From the NCBI GenBank assembly GCA_964016885.1, contig OZ024742.1:142290001-142354000 (forward strand): a stretch of 64,000 nt of DNA, written 5' to 3'. Below the pieces are notes generated by a model. It was not told the origin of the DNA. It did not search any database and saw nothing but the letters and a program-made list of their open reading frames with translations. This DNA is from Eledone cirrhosa. Taxonomy: Eukaryota. This document shows positions 13,330-30,279 of the stretch, piece after piece; within the stretch, counting starts at the first letter, position 1; each line of letters begins with the position of its first letter. Made by a program: the position numbers and the translations under genes.

Positions 13330-13399
13330 ATCATTATATTTTGTCTGATGAGGACGTACTGTTGTACATCCGAAATATGTATAATAAAATGTAATTGAT
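13330..13399 (+). ncRNA. Minimal type I hammerhead ribozyme motif
   Basis: AUCAUUAUAUUUUGU-CUGAUGA-GGACGUAC(UGUU)GUACAUCC-GAA-AUAUGUAU-A-AUAAAAUGUAAUUGAU; ~15-bp stem I. Confidence 0.82.
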
Positions 13400-13430
13400 C
13401 AAAAGAACATCTATTTTATTAATATTTATA

Positions 13431-13471
<41 letters not shown>

Positions 13472-13633
13472 TTAAGGATACTATTTATGGTTATGTATAT
13501 ACTAAAACCTTTTATAGTTATATATATTTTAAACCCTAAACAGTGAAATACAGTAATTTATTACTACCTTATTACCAGTAAGATAAATAGCTCAATGTAA
13601 TAACATCAGTTGTTCTACAGAGCAGTTATATAG

Positions 13634-17570
<3,937 letters not shown>

Positions 17571-18112
17571 ATATATATATATGTCAACTGTTGACTTTCA
17601 AGAGTTTGTATAGTTGAAGCCGATCGTACTACAGTCCAGTATTATTATAATTGCTTTACAGCATAGAGTCACGGCCCTCCACGCTCTGAGCCCAAATCCC
17701 GCCGAGGTCAACCTTGCCGTTCATCCCCACGGAGTCAACAAAAGAGAGTACCAGTGATGCGCTGGGCCAGTCGCTGGATCCGTGCCAAAAGCAGAAAAAT
17801 TATTATTAAAGTTGTTTTCTTAAGGCCCGGTCGCTGGTGATGGTGATGGCGGCGGCGGTAGTGGTGGTGGTGGAAGTTGATGTTGTTGTTGTGTTGTGTG
17901 CGTGTGTGTGTGTGTTTTGTTATTTTGAGTTTTTTTGTGTTTTTTTCCCTTCTTTTTCTTTTTTTTTATCTTTTGATGCCGCTGTTGTTGTTGTTGTTGT
18001 AAATGTTCATTTCAGTTCATTCTGAAGCTGTTGTTGCTATAAACATTAGTGCCGGTGTTGTTGTTGTAGATGTTGGGGTTGAAATCTGGTCGTTTGACTG
18101 AGTGATGTATAT

Positions 18113-18164
<52 letters not shown>

Positions 18165-18559
18165 TCAACAGAGAGTAGAGAGTTTGACAACAGGTCGATG
18201 ACTTTAGTCTAGATAGGGTAATGACATGTGATGGTGGGGAGAGAGTGTAGAAGTTATTGTGGTGGCGGGGGAACAGTGCGATGTATCTAGTTCATTTGAC
18301 CGTTTTCTTCTCTTTGCAAAATTTGAATTTTAGCCATGTTATATTGAGATGTAAGTAAATGTAAAATGTAAAATATAAATAAGGATTGCTCTGCTAAAAT
18401 ATACTAAAATATTTGTGTAACTTCCACAAACTTCTGTTGTGACATTCCCGAGTCCAGTGACCAACAAATTGTTGTATTTTGATGTTTCAGAATACAAAAA
18501 TTAATTAAAAGCTTACCCCACGAAAAGACAGCTTGTGTTGTCCTATCTATAAGCTCCCT

Positions 18560-19815
18560 CATACAGCATATTTAACATCAGGCGCTTTGCTGCGAAGACA
18601 AAAGTGTTTACATCAATCATAAGAGACCTCTTGTATGCAGATGATTGCGATCTTGTAGCGCACACAGAGAGTGATATGCAGCACATTTTGAATGCATTTT
18701 CTGACGCTTGCACTGCCCTAGGTCTGACTGTCAGTCTCAAGAAAACCGTCGTCATGTACCAACCTGCCCCTGTTAAGCAGTACACTGAACCAAACATCTA
18801 TGTGTATGGCAAACGACTTGGAGTGGTTGATCAGTTTGTCTACCTGGGAAGCACTGTCAATCGATACAGCAACCTTGACAGTGAAATCTCACTTAGGATT
18901 AGGAAAGCAAGTGATGCTTTCGGAAAGCTAGAAAGGCGACTCTGGGGTCGGCGAGACATATGCAGGAGGACAAAGGTAAAGGTGTACAGGGCATGTGTGC
19001 TCTCTTGTCTTCTTTATGCCTGCGAGACCTGGGTCACATATCGACACCACCTTAAGCAATTGGAGCGTTTCCATCAGATGTGTCTCAGACGGATCCATGG
19101 CGTTCACTGGAGGGACCACATCAGTGATGTCGAGATTTTGGAAAGCTCTATGTGTGACAGTATAGAAGCTCTTGTGCTTAAGCAACGACTCCGTTGGAGT
19201 GGTCACCTTGCCAGGATGAAGGATTCTAGAATACCAAAACAACTCTTTTATGGAGAGTTGGTTAAAGGAAAACGACCGCCACATAAACCAAAAAAGAGGT
19301 ATAAGGATTCCTTGAAAGCCTCTCTGAAAGACGCTAACATCTCTGCTGATACATGGGAGAATATTGCTGCTGATCGTAATAAATGGAGAAAGACTGTATA
19401 TGAGGGAAAAGTTGCCTTTGAGGCATCTCGAATCGCATACGAGAAAGTAAAGCGGGATGTGAGGAAGGGCATTGCTGTTGCACTTCCAGACGGCGAGGGT
19501 CCTCCTATGGTGCTGACATGCAGCGTATGTGCGAGACTCTGCCTAAGCAAAGCTGGACTCGAAAGTCATCTTCGCAGTCATAAAGAAAGACCAGTGGTTG
19601 ACTACCAGGCTGCTGTTGGAGATGCTACTCATCATGCTTGCCAAACATGTGGTAGAGAATGTAAATCAGCAGGAGGGCTCAAGCGACATGCAAAAGTACA
19701 CGAACTCCAACCACAGCCGACTATTCCCAGTGAATGTTTTGGTTGCCGACTCTGTGCAAGACATTTTAGATCATTGGCTGGGCTAAAAAACCACATTCGA
19801 TCGCAGCGCTGTTAG
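18560..19815 (+). mobile_element. 5'-truncated RTE-like LINE ORF (RT C-half plus C2H2 zinc fingers), open for 403 aa
   Basis: FNIRRFAAKTKV, LLYADD, FVYLGS, LLYACETW, RLRWSGHLARM, PKQLFYGEL; CSVC..H..H, CQTC..H..H, CRLC..H. Confidence 0.92.
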
Positions 19816-19974
19816 TTGCTATCGTGTGTGTGTGTGTGTGTAGATATGCTTATGTGTGTGCGTGTGTGTGTATATGTATATGTATATTATTATTGTTGTT
19901 GTCGTTATTATTATTGTTGTTATTATTATTATTATTATTATTATTGTTATTAATGTATGTGTGTGTATATGTGT

Positions 19975-20016
<42 letters not shown>

Positions 20017-20148
20017 GTATGTATATGTATATATATATTTCTCTTTTTTTTATTTTTATTTATTATTATTTTTTTTTCTCGTGCAATGGCCATACTCGAT
20101 AACGAGGGGGCAGCCATCATCATATATATATATAGATATATATATATA

Positions 20149-20437
20149 GTGAAGGCGTGAAGCTGAGTGGTTACAATTGGATTCACAATCTTGAGGTTGT
20201 GAGTTCGATTCCTCGACCAAGCGATGCGTTGTGTCCTTGAGCAAGACACTTTATTTCATGTTGGTCCTTCTACCTGGAGTTGCGACCGATAGATAGTACT
20301 AGCAACTGGAAACACCAACGGAAACATTGTTTCTTCGGTCCGATTTGACGAAAGTCGATCGATCCTTTTATATAAGAGCGTGAAACTAATAAACCTTTGT
20401 TCATACCGCCTCTCTGTTTTGTTCCCGTTCAATTTTT

Positions 20438-20441
<4 letters not shown>
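20149..20441 (+). mobile_element. SINE family B copy followed by a repeated tail module
   Basis: tRNA-like head (GAGTGGTTA...GTTCGATTCC) and GTGTCCTTGAGCAAGACACTT. Tail 20376-20441 resembles 8947-9013. Confidence 0.7.
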
Positions 20442-20496
<55 letters not shown>

Positions 20497-20497
<1 letters not shown>

Positions 20498-20932
20498 TAG
20501 TAGAAGTACCCGGCGCTGCCCGGGTGTAAGTCGACCTTTGGTCTGTTGTTAAAATGTTTGAAAGTTACTTCCCGCGCATCACAGGTGCAAAAACCTTCGA
20601 ACCTCAAGGAAAAAAACAGAGGTTAGTATACGCAGGTGTGTAATTGAGCATAAATAATGGATCAATGGTAGGTTTACAGTGTATCGTTGAAATTGTTCTT
20701 TGCAAGACTGACGGAAGTCAAATTAACTTGAAATTGAATTTTCAGTTGATTTTTAAAGCAGGGTGAAAAAGTCAATTTTTTCAAATTTTTTTTTTCTTTA
20801 CAATTTTGGCGCTCACATATGCAGAAGAAGAAATAAAGGGGACTTTATCTGAATCGCGGCATAATGGACGAATCAATTGCGACATTTTTCACGAAAATCG
20901 GACGTTCCTGTAAAAAATTATCCCATCTGCAA

Positions 20933-20964
<32 letters not shown>

Positions 20965-21023
20965 TTGTATATATATATATATGTATATATATATGTATAT
21001 ATATATATGTGTATATATACATC

Positions 21024-21100
<77 letters not shown>

Positions 21101-21252
21101 GTGTGTGTATGTGTATATACATACATATATATAGAGAGAGAGAGAGAGATTCCTGATGATTTCTAAAGAATGAAACAGTTCTAGTCCTGTAGAATCTCAT
21201 CTATATATATATATATATATGTATATGTATGTATATACACATACACACATAC

Positions 21253-21325
<73 letters not shown>

Positions 21326-21822
21326 CACACTCACATATATATATATATATACACACACATATAATTATATATATATACACACACACATATAATTATATAT
21401 ATATACACACACACATACATATATACATAACTATATATGTGTGTGTTTATCTATCTATGTATTTTATCAGCAGGCAGAGGTGTGGCTGCGCCAGTGAGGT
21501 GGAAGAGAGGGAATTAGAGTAAGTTAGAGTTGTCGTGATATTTGCCTCTGGTGATCGAATTATCGATTTTTCGAATATTTAATGTAGCGCACGTTTATCC
21601 CCGGATCAAAATACACACTTGCGTCGAGTTTCATCGATTTTTGAAAATATCGATTTTGGGCTTCTGGGGTCCCGATTATCGATTTTTCGAAATTTCAAAT
21701 AACCTATTCCACTCTACGCGTTGAGTTTTATATATGTGTGAGGTTTCATGAAAATTGGATGAACGGTGTAGCATGCAAGTTCGACACACTAAACAATGCC
21801 CATCTTCACTTTATATATAAGA
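20497..21822 (-). mobile_element. Non-autonomous Helitron with internal microsatellite block
   Basis: On -: starts A|TCTTATATATAAA and ends with hairpin CCCGG-GCAGCG-CCGGG then TACTTCTA-CTAG|T. Canonical 5'-TC, 3'-CTAG, A|T target. Confidence 0.8.
21146..21198 (+). ncRNA. Minimal type I hammerhead ribozyme motif flanked by (GA)n/(TA)n
   Basis: GAGAUUC-CUGAUGA-U-UUC(UAAA)GAA-U-GAA-ACAG(UUCUAGUC)CUGU-A-GAAUCUC. Confidence 0.75.
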
Positions 21823-22279
21823 TTAGAATTGATGCTATTTTATTTATTAGTTATTATATGTACATATTTTACTTACTTCAATCAAGATTTTAACTTGTAA
21901 TTTTTTTAATTTCTAATCTTCAATCATAATTTCCACTGTGAAACCATAATACCTAGAAATAAGTATATATTCTCTTAGTGGGTGATGGTCAATTCTTTTG
22001 TCCAAGCATAATTTAGGGGTAGTATTGGGACCTATTGGAACTCACAATCTCTCACCCCCACCAGGTTTTCGGCCAACTGCCACTGGCAGGGCAACTAGCA
22101 GTAAACTATAACCCTGTCATATTATTGACCTGTCTGGTTGAGAGGGGGACCTTAGAACTTTGGGGTATTTGATGGTCAAGTTCCTCCGGACTTGCGCCTG
22201 CGCAGACCGGTAGGGGTGAATTGGTACTCACAAGGGAACGGGCGAACGATTCAAGAACACACGCTTTGTCCGTTCCCTT

Positions 22280-22651
<372 letters not shown>

Positions 22652-23746
22652 GCTTCACAATCATGTTTTTCACTTGTTCACATAAAGATATTTCTTGAGG
22701 ATGCCCTTGGACAACTAAAATAGTCGTATACATTTAAATATATATAGCTGAATAAAGGTAAAAGAAAAGAGTACAGATTGAAGAAATGGAATTTCAAAGA
22801 TAAACTGCAAACAATTCATATTGAAGATTTTCATTGTAAAAACAGAAACACTTAACCAGACAATCTTACTTCCTTCTTTGAAGCATGACAATAAAAGAGT
22901 TACATAAAGCATTACACATATCAAAATCATTACATTTTCAGGCATCAATATTTCACGTAACTATAAGCTCCCACAAAACTATTTGCAGAAATAACAGCCC
23001 GAAAATGACAAACTACAACAGCTGGAGAATTGAAACAATAGAATTTTAACTGCTGTAGGATTTTTAAGAATTCTTGAAACGAATGTTAGACCAAACTGAT
23101 GGAGCAATGTAGAATTGATGGAGGAATAGAGGATAAAACATTTTATGTTATGTCACTAAATTGGTGGTATATACTTATGTTGTGTCATTAAATTGGTTGT
23201 ATGCTCTTGTTACATCATTAAATCGGCTGTATATACTGACTATGTCATTAAATTGACTGTATTTGCCTCTGTTAAGTCACTAACTTGGTTTTATATGCTG
23301 CTTGGGAGATGTATTGAGAACACGGGGGCTGTTTTAATTCACCGATTTAACACTACTACCTGACCTTTGGTGGCCTCAAGCAGAATCTACTCAGTTGCAA
23401 TCAGTCGGTCCACGTTTTCAACTTTAAGTGAATTTCTTACCTTTTTCCAACTAGTCTTGGAGGCCCTGAAAAATGTCGAGAACGCTGGCCTTTTTCCGCT
23501 AAGTCATTACACAAATAAATGTTTGCAACTTTAACTTGATTGGTCGACCGCTTTAAAGCACGATTTCGTGTCAAGTCTCCGATTTAAGGATATTTCCTTC
23601 CTTCTCACCAGTCATGGAACACCTGAAAAGGGTCACGGTTACCTTCCTTCTCTCCCTAACTAAACACAATAATCATGTTTTATCAATTCTAGAACTATAA
23701 ACGGTGAAGTTGAACCTGATAATATTGAAAGGATTAAGTGTAACAT

Positions 23747-23809
<63 letters not shown>

Positions 23810-23873
23810 GTAGAACACTGGAAGGTAATATCTGTAGTGGTAGAGCACTCAGTCCATGGGACGAGTTCGGTAG

Positions 23874-24009
23874 AAGTGGTTACGCAACAGTTAGTTCACC
23901 CTACCGGGAACAATTGTTTCACCTTAGCGGATCCTCAGCTCGAGCTGAGGATCCGTTAAGGTGAAACAATTGTTCTCGGTATGGTGAACTAACTGTTGTG
24001 TAACCACTT
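23874..24009. ncRNA. Spacerless palindrome of two back-to-back HHR motifs (23941-23978 +, 23905-23942 -)
   Basis: CGAG-CUGAGGA-U-CC(GUUAA)GG-U-GAA-ACAAUUGU-U-CUCG; symmetry centre 23941/23942. Confidence 0.72.
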
Positions 24010-24842
24010 ATATATATATATATATAACAGGTAGAGACAAAAACAGGACAAGCTATGCCTTTTAGCGAATGACACAAATTAGATTTTTAAAAAGTAGCCC
24101 ATGTGCAAAGAAGGGAACGAACGGTGCGCGAGAGTTTAGCTAAAGGAGAAAAGAATATAGAAAAGAGAGAAACAGAAAAACAGAAAAGAGTATTATGGAC
24201 TGCAGTTCAACGAGCAAAGAAGTATGACACTGGGGTATAGAAAAGGTAAGAAGGGAGAATAGAGGAAGACAGACTGGGTGGTGAAACGTCTATTATATGA
24301 CAATTTAAAAAAACACCCGCATGGCTAAGTTTTTAGAATATGAATTCAAAATAGCAGGGTGCATCGGACAAAGACAATGGAAAAACAAAACAATGGAAAA
24401 ACGGACAGTCCTATTTCCTCAGTCAACTTCTGGAAATCACTACATTTTCGGTATATTTAAGATTAGAGATCGTTCATACAAGTGCACATTGGGACGTAAC
24501 AAAACAGGTACAGGTAAAGACAGTATTTTCAATTACTACTTTGTATACTGAACGTTTCAAAACAGGCTATTGATGAAGCGTTCTTTAGAGGATGGGGATT
24601 TGAGTTTGAATGCAATATTTACCATATGTATTCAAATAGAGAACAGAGGAACAGTGGAAGTTTACGTGCAATTCATGTTATTCATTGGATTCTATACACT
24701 GAGGATATAGCAATGTTCTGTAGCACAGTAGATGAAGCTAAGAAATTGTTCAATATCATTAACAACAGATGTAAATGATTTAGACCACAGGTTCTCAACC
24801 CATTTAGGCCAAACGCCCTCTTTTGTCCCTCGAAATCACGAA

Positions 24843-25885
<1,043 letters not shown>

Positions 25886-26048
25886 TGAATTGGAAATAGC
25901 ATGGAAAATATATTTTAGAGTCTGTTTTTCTTTTTTTAACCTTTCTTTGATTCGTCAAAGTGACAATAATGTCACTTTGGCGAATCAAAGGTTAAAAAAA
26001 AGAAAAACAGACCCTAAAATATATTTTCCATGCTATTTCCAACTTCAC
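25886..26048. repeat. Palindrome, ~80-bp arms, 4-nt loop
   Basis: GGAAATAGCATGGAAAATATATTTTAG...GTGACA ATAA TGTCAC...CTAAAATATATTTTCCATGCTATTTCC. Confidence 0.85.
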
Positions 26049-26149
26049 CTTTTCTCTATATCCACTGTTTTGTATAGAACCTTACTTCTCTTTTCTAATA
26101 TATATAGATATATAACACCGCCAATAAGTATCCACCGCCGTACAATTCG

Positions 26150-26400
26150 TCACCTCTTCATTTCTACATGCCACCACCACCAACCTCCTTGTCCGCACAC
26201 CACACATCATCTTCTTCCTCCACAAAATTCACAAACCGGATACCCCTGGTTGTCAAATACTTTCTGCTTCCAACTGCCCAATGAACTCATCACTGGCTAT
26301 CTCGACTCTATCATCGCACCCATAGTACATGCCCTTCTGACACCAACTGTACCCTCCGCTTCTTCGACTCTTTCATCTTTCCACCTGGCACACCCCTCCT
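26150..26400 (+). pseudogene. Degenerate Penelope RT N-terminal fragment
   Basis: Frameshifted FFLHKIHKPDTPGCQILSASNCP / ELITGYLDSIIAPIVHAL, cf. PLE motif LPKIHK..PGRPIVS. Confidence 0.6.
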
Positions 26401-26540
26401 TTTCATATATATATAATATGAATATATAATATATATGTGTGTGTGTCTGTGTGTGTGTGTGTGCAGCAATATCCATGAATGTGAAAAGGAAAAAGGAAGA
26501 CAGTGCTCAATCGGGAAGAGAATAGAAATATATTATTTAT

Positions 26541-27241
26541 CGATGGATTGGCAGTATCGATAGAGAGTCGGACGCCATGCTTTAACGCATAGAGTTACGG
26601 CCCTTGCCATTCTGAGTTCAAATCCCGCCGAGGTTAACTTTGCCTTTCATACTTACGGAGTCGATAAAATAAAGTACCAGTAATATACTGGGTAATTGCT
26701 GGCCTTGTGCCAAAAGTAGAAACAATTATTTATTCATGTTCGTACACGGAACAGAGGTGCTGCCCAAGGTTTCAACGCCAAAATGTGATAATATATCCAA
26801 AAAACAAGATGGTGATTTGGATGCTATAAACTCGTATTAGCGCCTGAGGTAAGGTCACTATTTTGATACCTCTGATTTTCTTAAGGTATGGTCCAATTTG
26901 GGCCTTGATTACTTGGGTAGCGCCTTTGTTCTATGTATGAACATAAATAAATAATTGTTTCTACTTTAGGCACAAGGCCAGCAAATACCTAGTGCATTAC
27001 TGGTACTTTATTTTATCGACTCCGTAAGGATGAAAGGCAAAGTCAACCTCGATATTATATATGCAGTATCGGTAGAGGGTCGGACGCCATACTTTGCAGC
27101 ATAGAGTTACGCCCCTTTACAGTCCGAGTTCAAATCTCGCCGAGGTTAACTTTGCCTTTCACCCTTACAGGGTTGATAAAATAAAGTACCAGTAATACAC
27201 TTAAATAATTGCTGGCCATGTGCCAAAAGTAGAAACAATTA
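26541..27241. mobile_element. Family A SINE cluster (26541-26728 +, 26951-27051 -, 27063-27241 +)
   Basis: Matches the family A consensus. Confidence 0.85.
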
Positions 27242-27922
27242 TATATATATATATAAAAACAAATAACGAAACGAAATTAAATTTTGTTTCGTTTGTAACT
27301 CACTTTTGTATGACTGACGCTTAAACAATTAAGTTAAAAATGTACATCCACATATGTATACTGAAATACTAGTATGCATATGAATACACACACGTATACA
27401 TATGTAGATGTACCGAGTTTTTCACTGGTCACTTTACTGTGAGTGTCCAGCTATTCTGTATGTAAACACACAGACAAACCGGTTTTTAGAGTCATACTGG
27501 TTTTTGAGGAAACACCTTTCCTCTATTCTCCAGAAAGCCAGACAAGGAATATTGAACTAGTTTCGTTGTTGTTACAACTCATCAGCAATATTTACCTATC
27601 TTCCGGCCTTTCTAGAGAATCGTAAAAGCACATATCGTTATATGCCTTTTCTATGAAAATTAGTAGTGGGCAGACTAATTTGCATAGAGCGTGATATATA
27701 TATAATTAAAAATTACAAACAGAGAGATACAAAACCAATTAGTCTTATTAGTTTCATGCTTTCGAGGAGAGATGGAAAGAAGTTCGGCGTATCGTACGTT
27801 AGTCCTTCATCGGGAGTGCAAGAGTTCAGAAGTTGGAAAATTAAAAGAAAGGTGAACATATTAGTGTGTGTGGTTTTGAATTTTTTTGTGTATCGGCATA
27901 CATGATGGTGGAGTTGTCTATA

Positions 27923-28833
27923 CAGGGTGGTCCGAAGTCTTGTCACCCCCTACCAAAAAGTAATGAGAAACAGTTTATGTTCCCATCGTAGTATCGTCCT
28001 CTTCGGAGGAGTTGGTTTGCCGAATCTTACAGTGAAGTCATGTCGCACATCCTCCATGCTCTTGCCAGAATGCACACGATCATGTGTCCATACACTTGCA
28101 AGCAGCCTCTCTTCCAAACTATAGTAGCTCTGAAATGGAAAATTATATTATTATTATTATATATTATAATTAATTGTTTCTACTTAAGGCACAAGGCCAG
28201 CAATTACCCAGTGCATTACTGGTACTTTATTTTTTCGACCCCGTAAGGATGAAAGGCAAAGTAAACCTCGGCGGGATTTGAACTCAGATCGTAAAGTGAC
28301 GTAACTATGCTGGAAAGCATGGCGTCCGACTCTCTACCGATACTGCCAATCCACTTATAATTAATGATATTATATATTATATTATTAAAACAAAAAATAA
28401 TTGTTTCTACTTTTGGCACAAGGCAAGCAATTATATCAGTACATTACTGGTACTTTATTTCATTGATCCCGTAAGGATGAAAGGCAAAGTTAACCTCGGC
28501 AGGATTTGAACTCAGATCGTAAAGGGACGTAACTACGCTGGAAAGCATGTCCGACCCTCTACCTGTACTGCCAATTCACCGCCCTATGAAAACAAAAAAT
28601 AATTGTTTCTACTATTGGCACAAGGCCAGAAATAACCAGTACATTACTGGTACTTTATTTTATCGACCCCGTAAGGATGAAAGACAAAGTTAACCTCGGC
28701 GGGATTTGAACTCAGAATGACAAGGGCCGTAACTCTATGCGTCAAAGCATGGTGTCCGAACCTCTACCGATACTGCCAATCGAAAGTTAAAATAATATGT
28801 GACAACGGGTGACAAGACTTTCGGACCACCCTG
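27923..28833. mobile_element. Tc1/mariner-type non-autonomous DNA transposon with three nested family A SINEs (28171-28353, 28398-28585, 28600-28780, all -)
   Basis: TIRs CAGGGTGGTCCGAA(A)GTCTTGTCACCC / GGGTGACAAGACTTTCGGACCACCCTG, with TA on both flanks. Confidence 0.85.
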
Positions 28834-28973
28834 TACGTTGTCCATAATGGTGTCTAAGTGTGTCTGACTGTATTAACATTGTATGTGTGTGGTTTGGCTG
28901 TGTATATCAAATATAGAAGATAGTATTTGTGTCAAATATGTATCTATTCATTATTGTAAAATTCTATTTTCAG

Positions 28974-29203
28974 GTACAACGACAGTTTTAACGATGACAT
29001 TTCTTGGTCTGGATATCCGCACAGACTTACCGAAAGTATCCTACGTCACAGCTCTTGACTATTACGTGGCTGTCTGCTTTGGTTTCGTCATTTCAACCAT
29101 AATTCAATTTGCAGTCGTACATTATTTCACCAAATATGGCACTGGCGATATGAATATGGTGTTTCAAAATTCTGACGATAGCGATGATAGTGGAGAGATT
29201 GGA
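28974..29203 (+). CDS. Grd: Cys-loop GABA receptor alpha-like/Grd-type subunit, M2-M3 exon
   Basis: ttttcag|GT acceptor (phase 1) and GGA|gtaagt donor (phase 0). [56 protein letters not shown] resembles insect Grd as I recall it ([24 protein letters not shown]...QFAVVHY.TK). Confidence 0.9.
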
Positions 29204-29472
29204 GTAAGTAATAATCTTCGTTGTGTTCTATTGCTATCTTCTCTTTTGAGTTGTTGCTCTTGTTGTTCTGTGTTGTTGTTGCTCTTGTTGTTCTGTGTTG
29301 TTGTTCTTCTTGTTATTCAGAGCAGTTGCTCTTTTGTTGTTGTTGCTCTTGTTGTTCAGTGCTGTTGCTCTATTGTTGTTGTTCATTGTTTTATACCCCA
29401 GAGCAATCCTTATGAAATACTCTTACAATCAAAGATATTCAAGTCGTGACCTTCCATTATTTTGTATATAGA

Positions 29473-29663
29473 GGGCGGTGGATTGGCAGTATTGGTAGAG
29501 TGTCGGATGCCATGCTTTGACGCATAGAGTTACGGCCCTTGCCATTCTGAGTTCAAATCCTGCCGAGGTTAACTTTGCCTTTCATCCTTAAGGGGTCGAT
29601 AAAATAAAGTACCAGTAATACACTGGCTAATTGCTGGCCTTGTGCCTAACGTAGAAACAATTA
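29473..29663 (+). mobile_element. Family A SINE
   Basis: Full-length match to consensus. Confidence 0.85.
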
Positions 29664-30279
29664 TTTTGTATATAGTTCAAAAGTCAGCATCCTGCTGCTC
29701 TATTCAGATTGTCAAAGTCTATTTTGAGTGTCTTTGACACTGAATTTTATTTTTTGTTTTAGTTAATTGATTAGATTATTTATTTATTTATTTCTATTGA
29801 TACCCAAATTAGGTTTTATTCTATGCCTAGTGGCTCTTAAGCACACTGAATCATATTTTATAAAATTAATTAAATTATTTATCTGTTATTGTTGCTGTTG
29901 TTGCTCAGAGTGGGCTTTAGTCTATCTCGGGTGGGTCTTAAGCACTTTGAATTTTTATTATATTTTAATTAATTAATTAAATTATTTATCTATTATTGTT
30001 GTTGTTACATGTGCAATATCTTGTTTGGTAGGTCAGGATTGGATCAAAGGCTGTTATCTAGGTAATATAGTTTGTATATTAAAGAGACTCCAAAATGAAC
30101 AAATTGAATCAAGTACCATGAATTATTGTGCACCATGAGGAACATCAAGACAAGAAAGTCATCTGTTCAAATTCCAGAAGACCACTATTTATAAGTGTGA
30201 CCAGTTCTTGTCATGCACAGTTACAATATATTACAATGGAGATAACTTATATCACATAGATTAGATTGAGCTGTTTGAA

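Larger units (their letters stand above)
11591..13424. mobile_element. Inverted repeat pair (~375-bp arms 11591-11967 and 13047-13424), PLE pLTR-like, one HHR per arm
   Basis: Arms are near-identical reverse complements; the right arm ends at (TA)n. Confidence 0.85.

Noticed and set aside
20149-20225. tRNA gene
   Set aside because: A tRNA-like SINE head continuous with the SINE body; no convincing cloverleaf.
28883-29449. 188-aa ORF as a complete protein
   Set aside because: Only 28974-29203 is exon; the flanks are intron and (TTG)n-like repeat.
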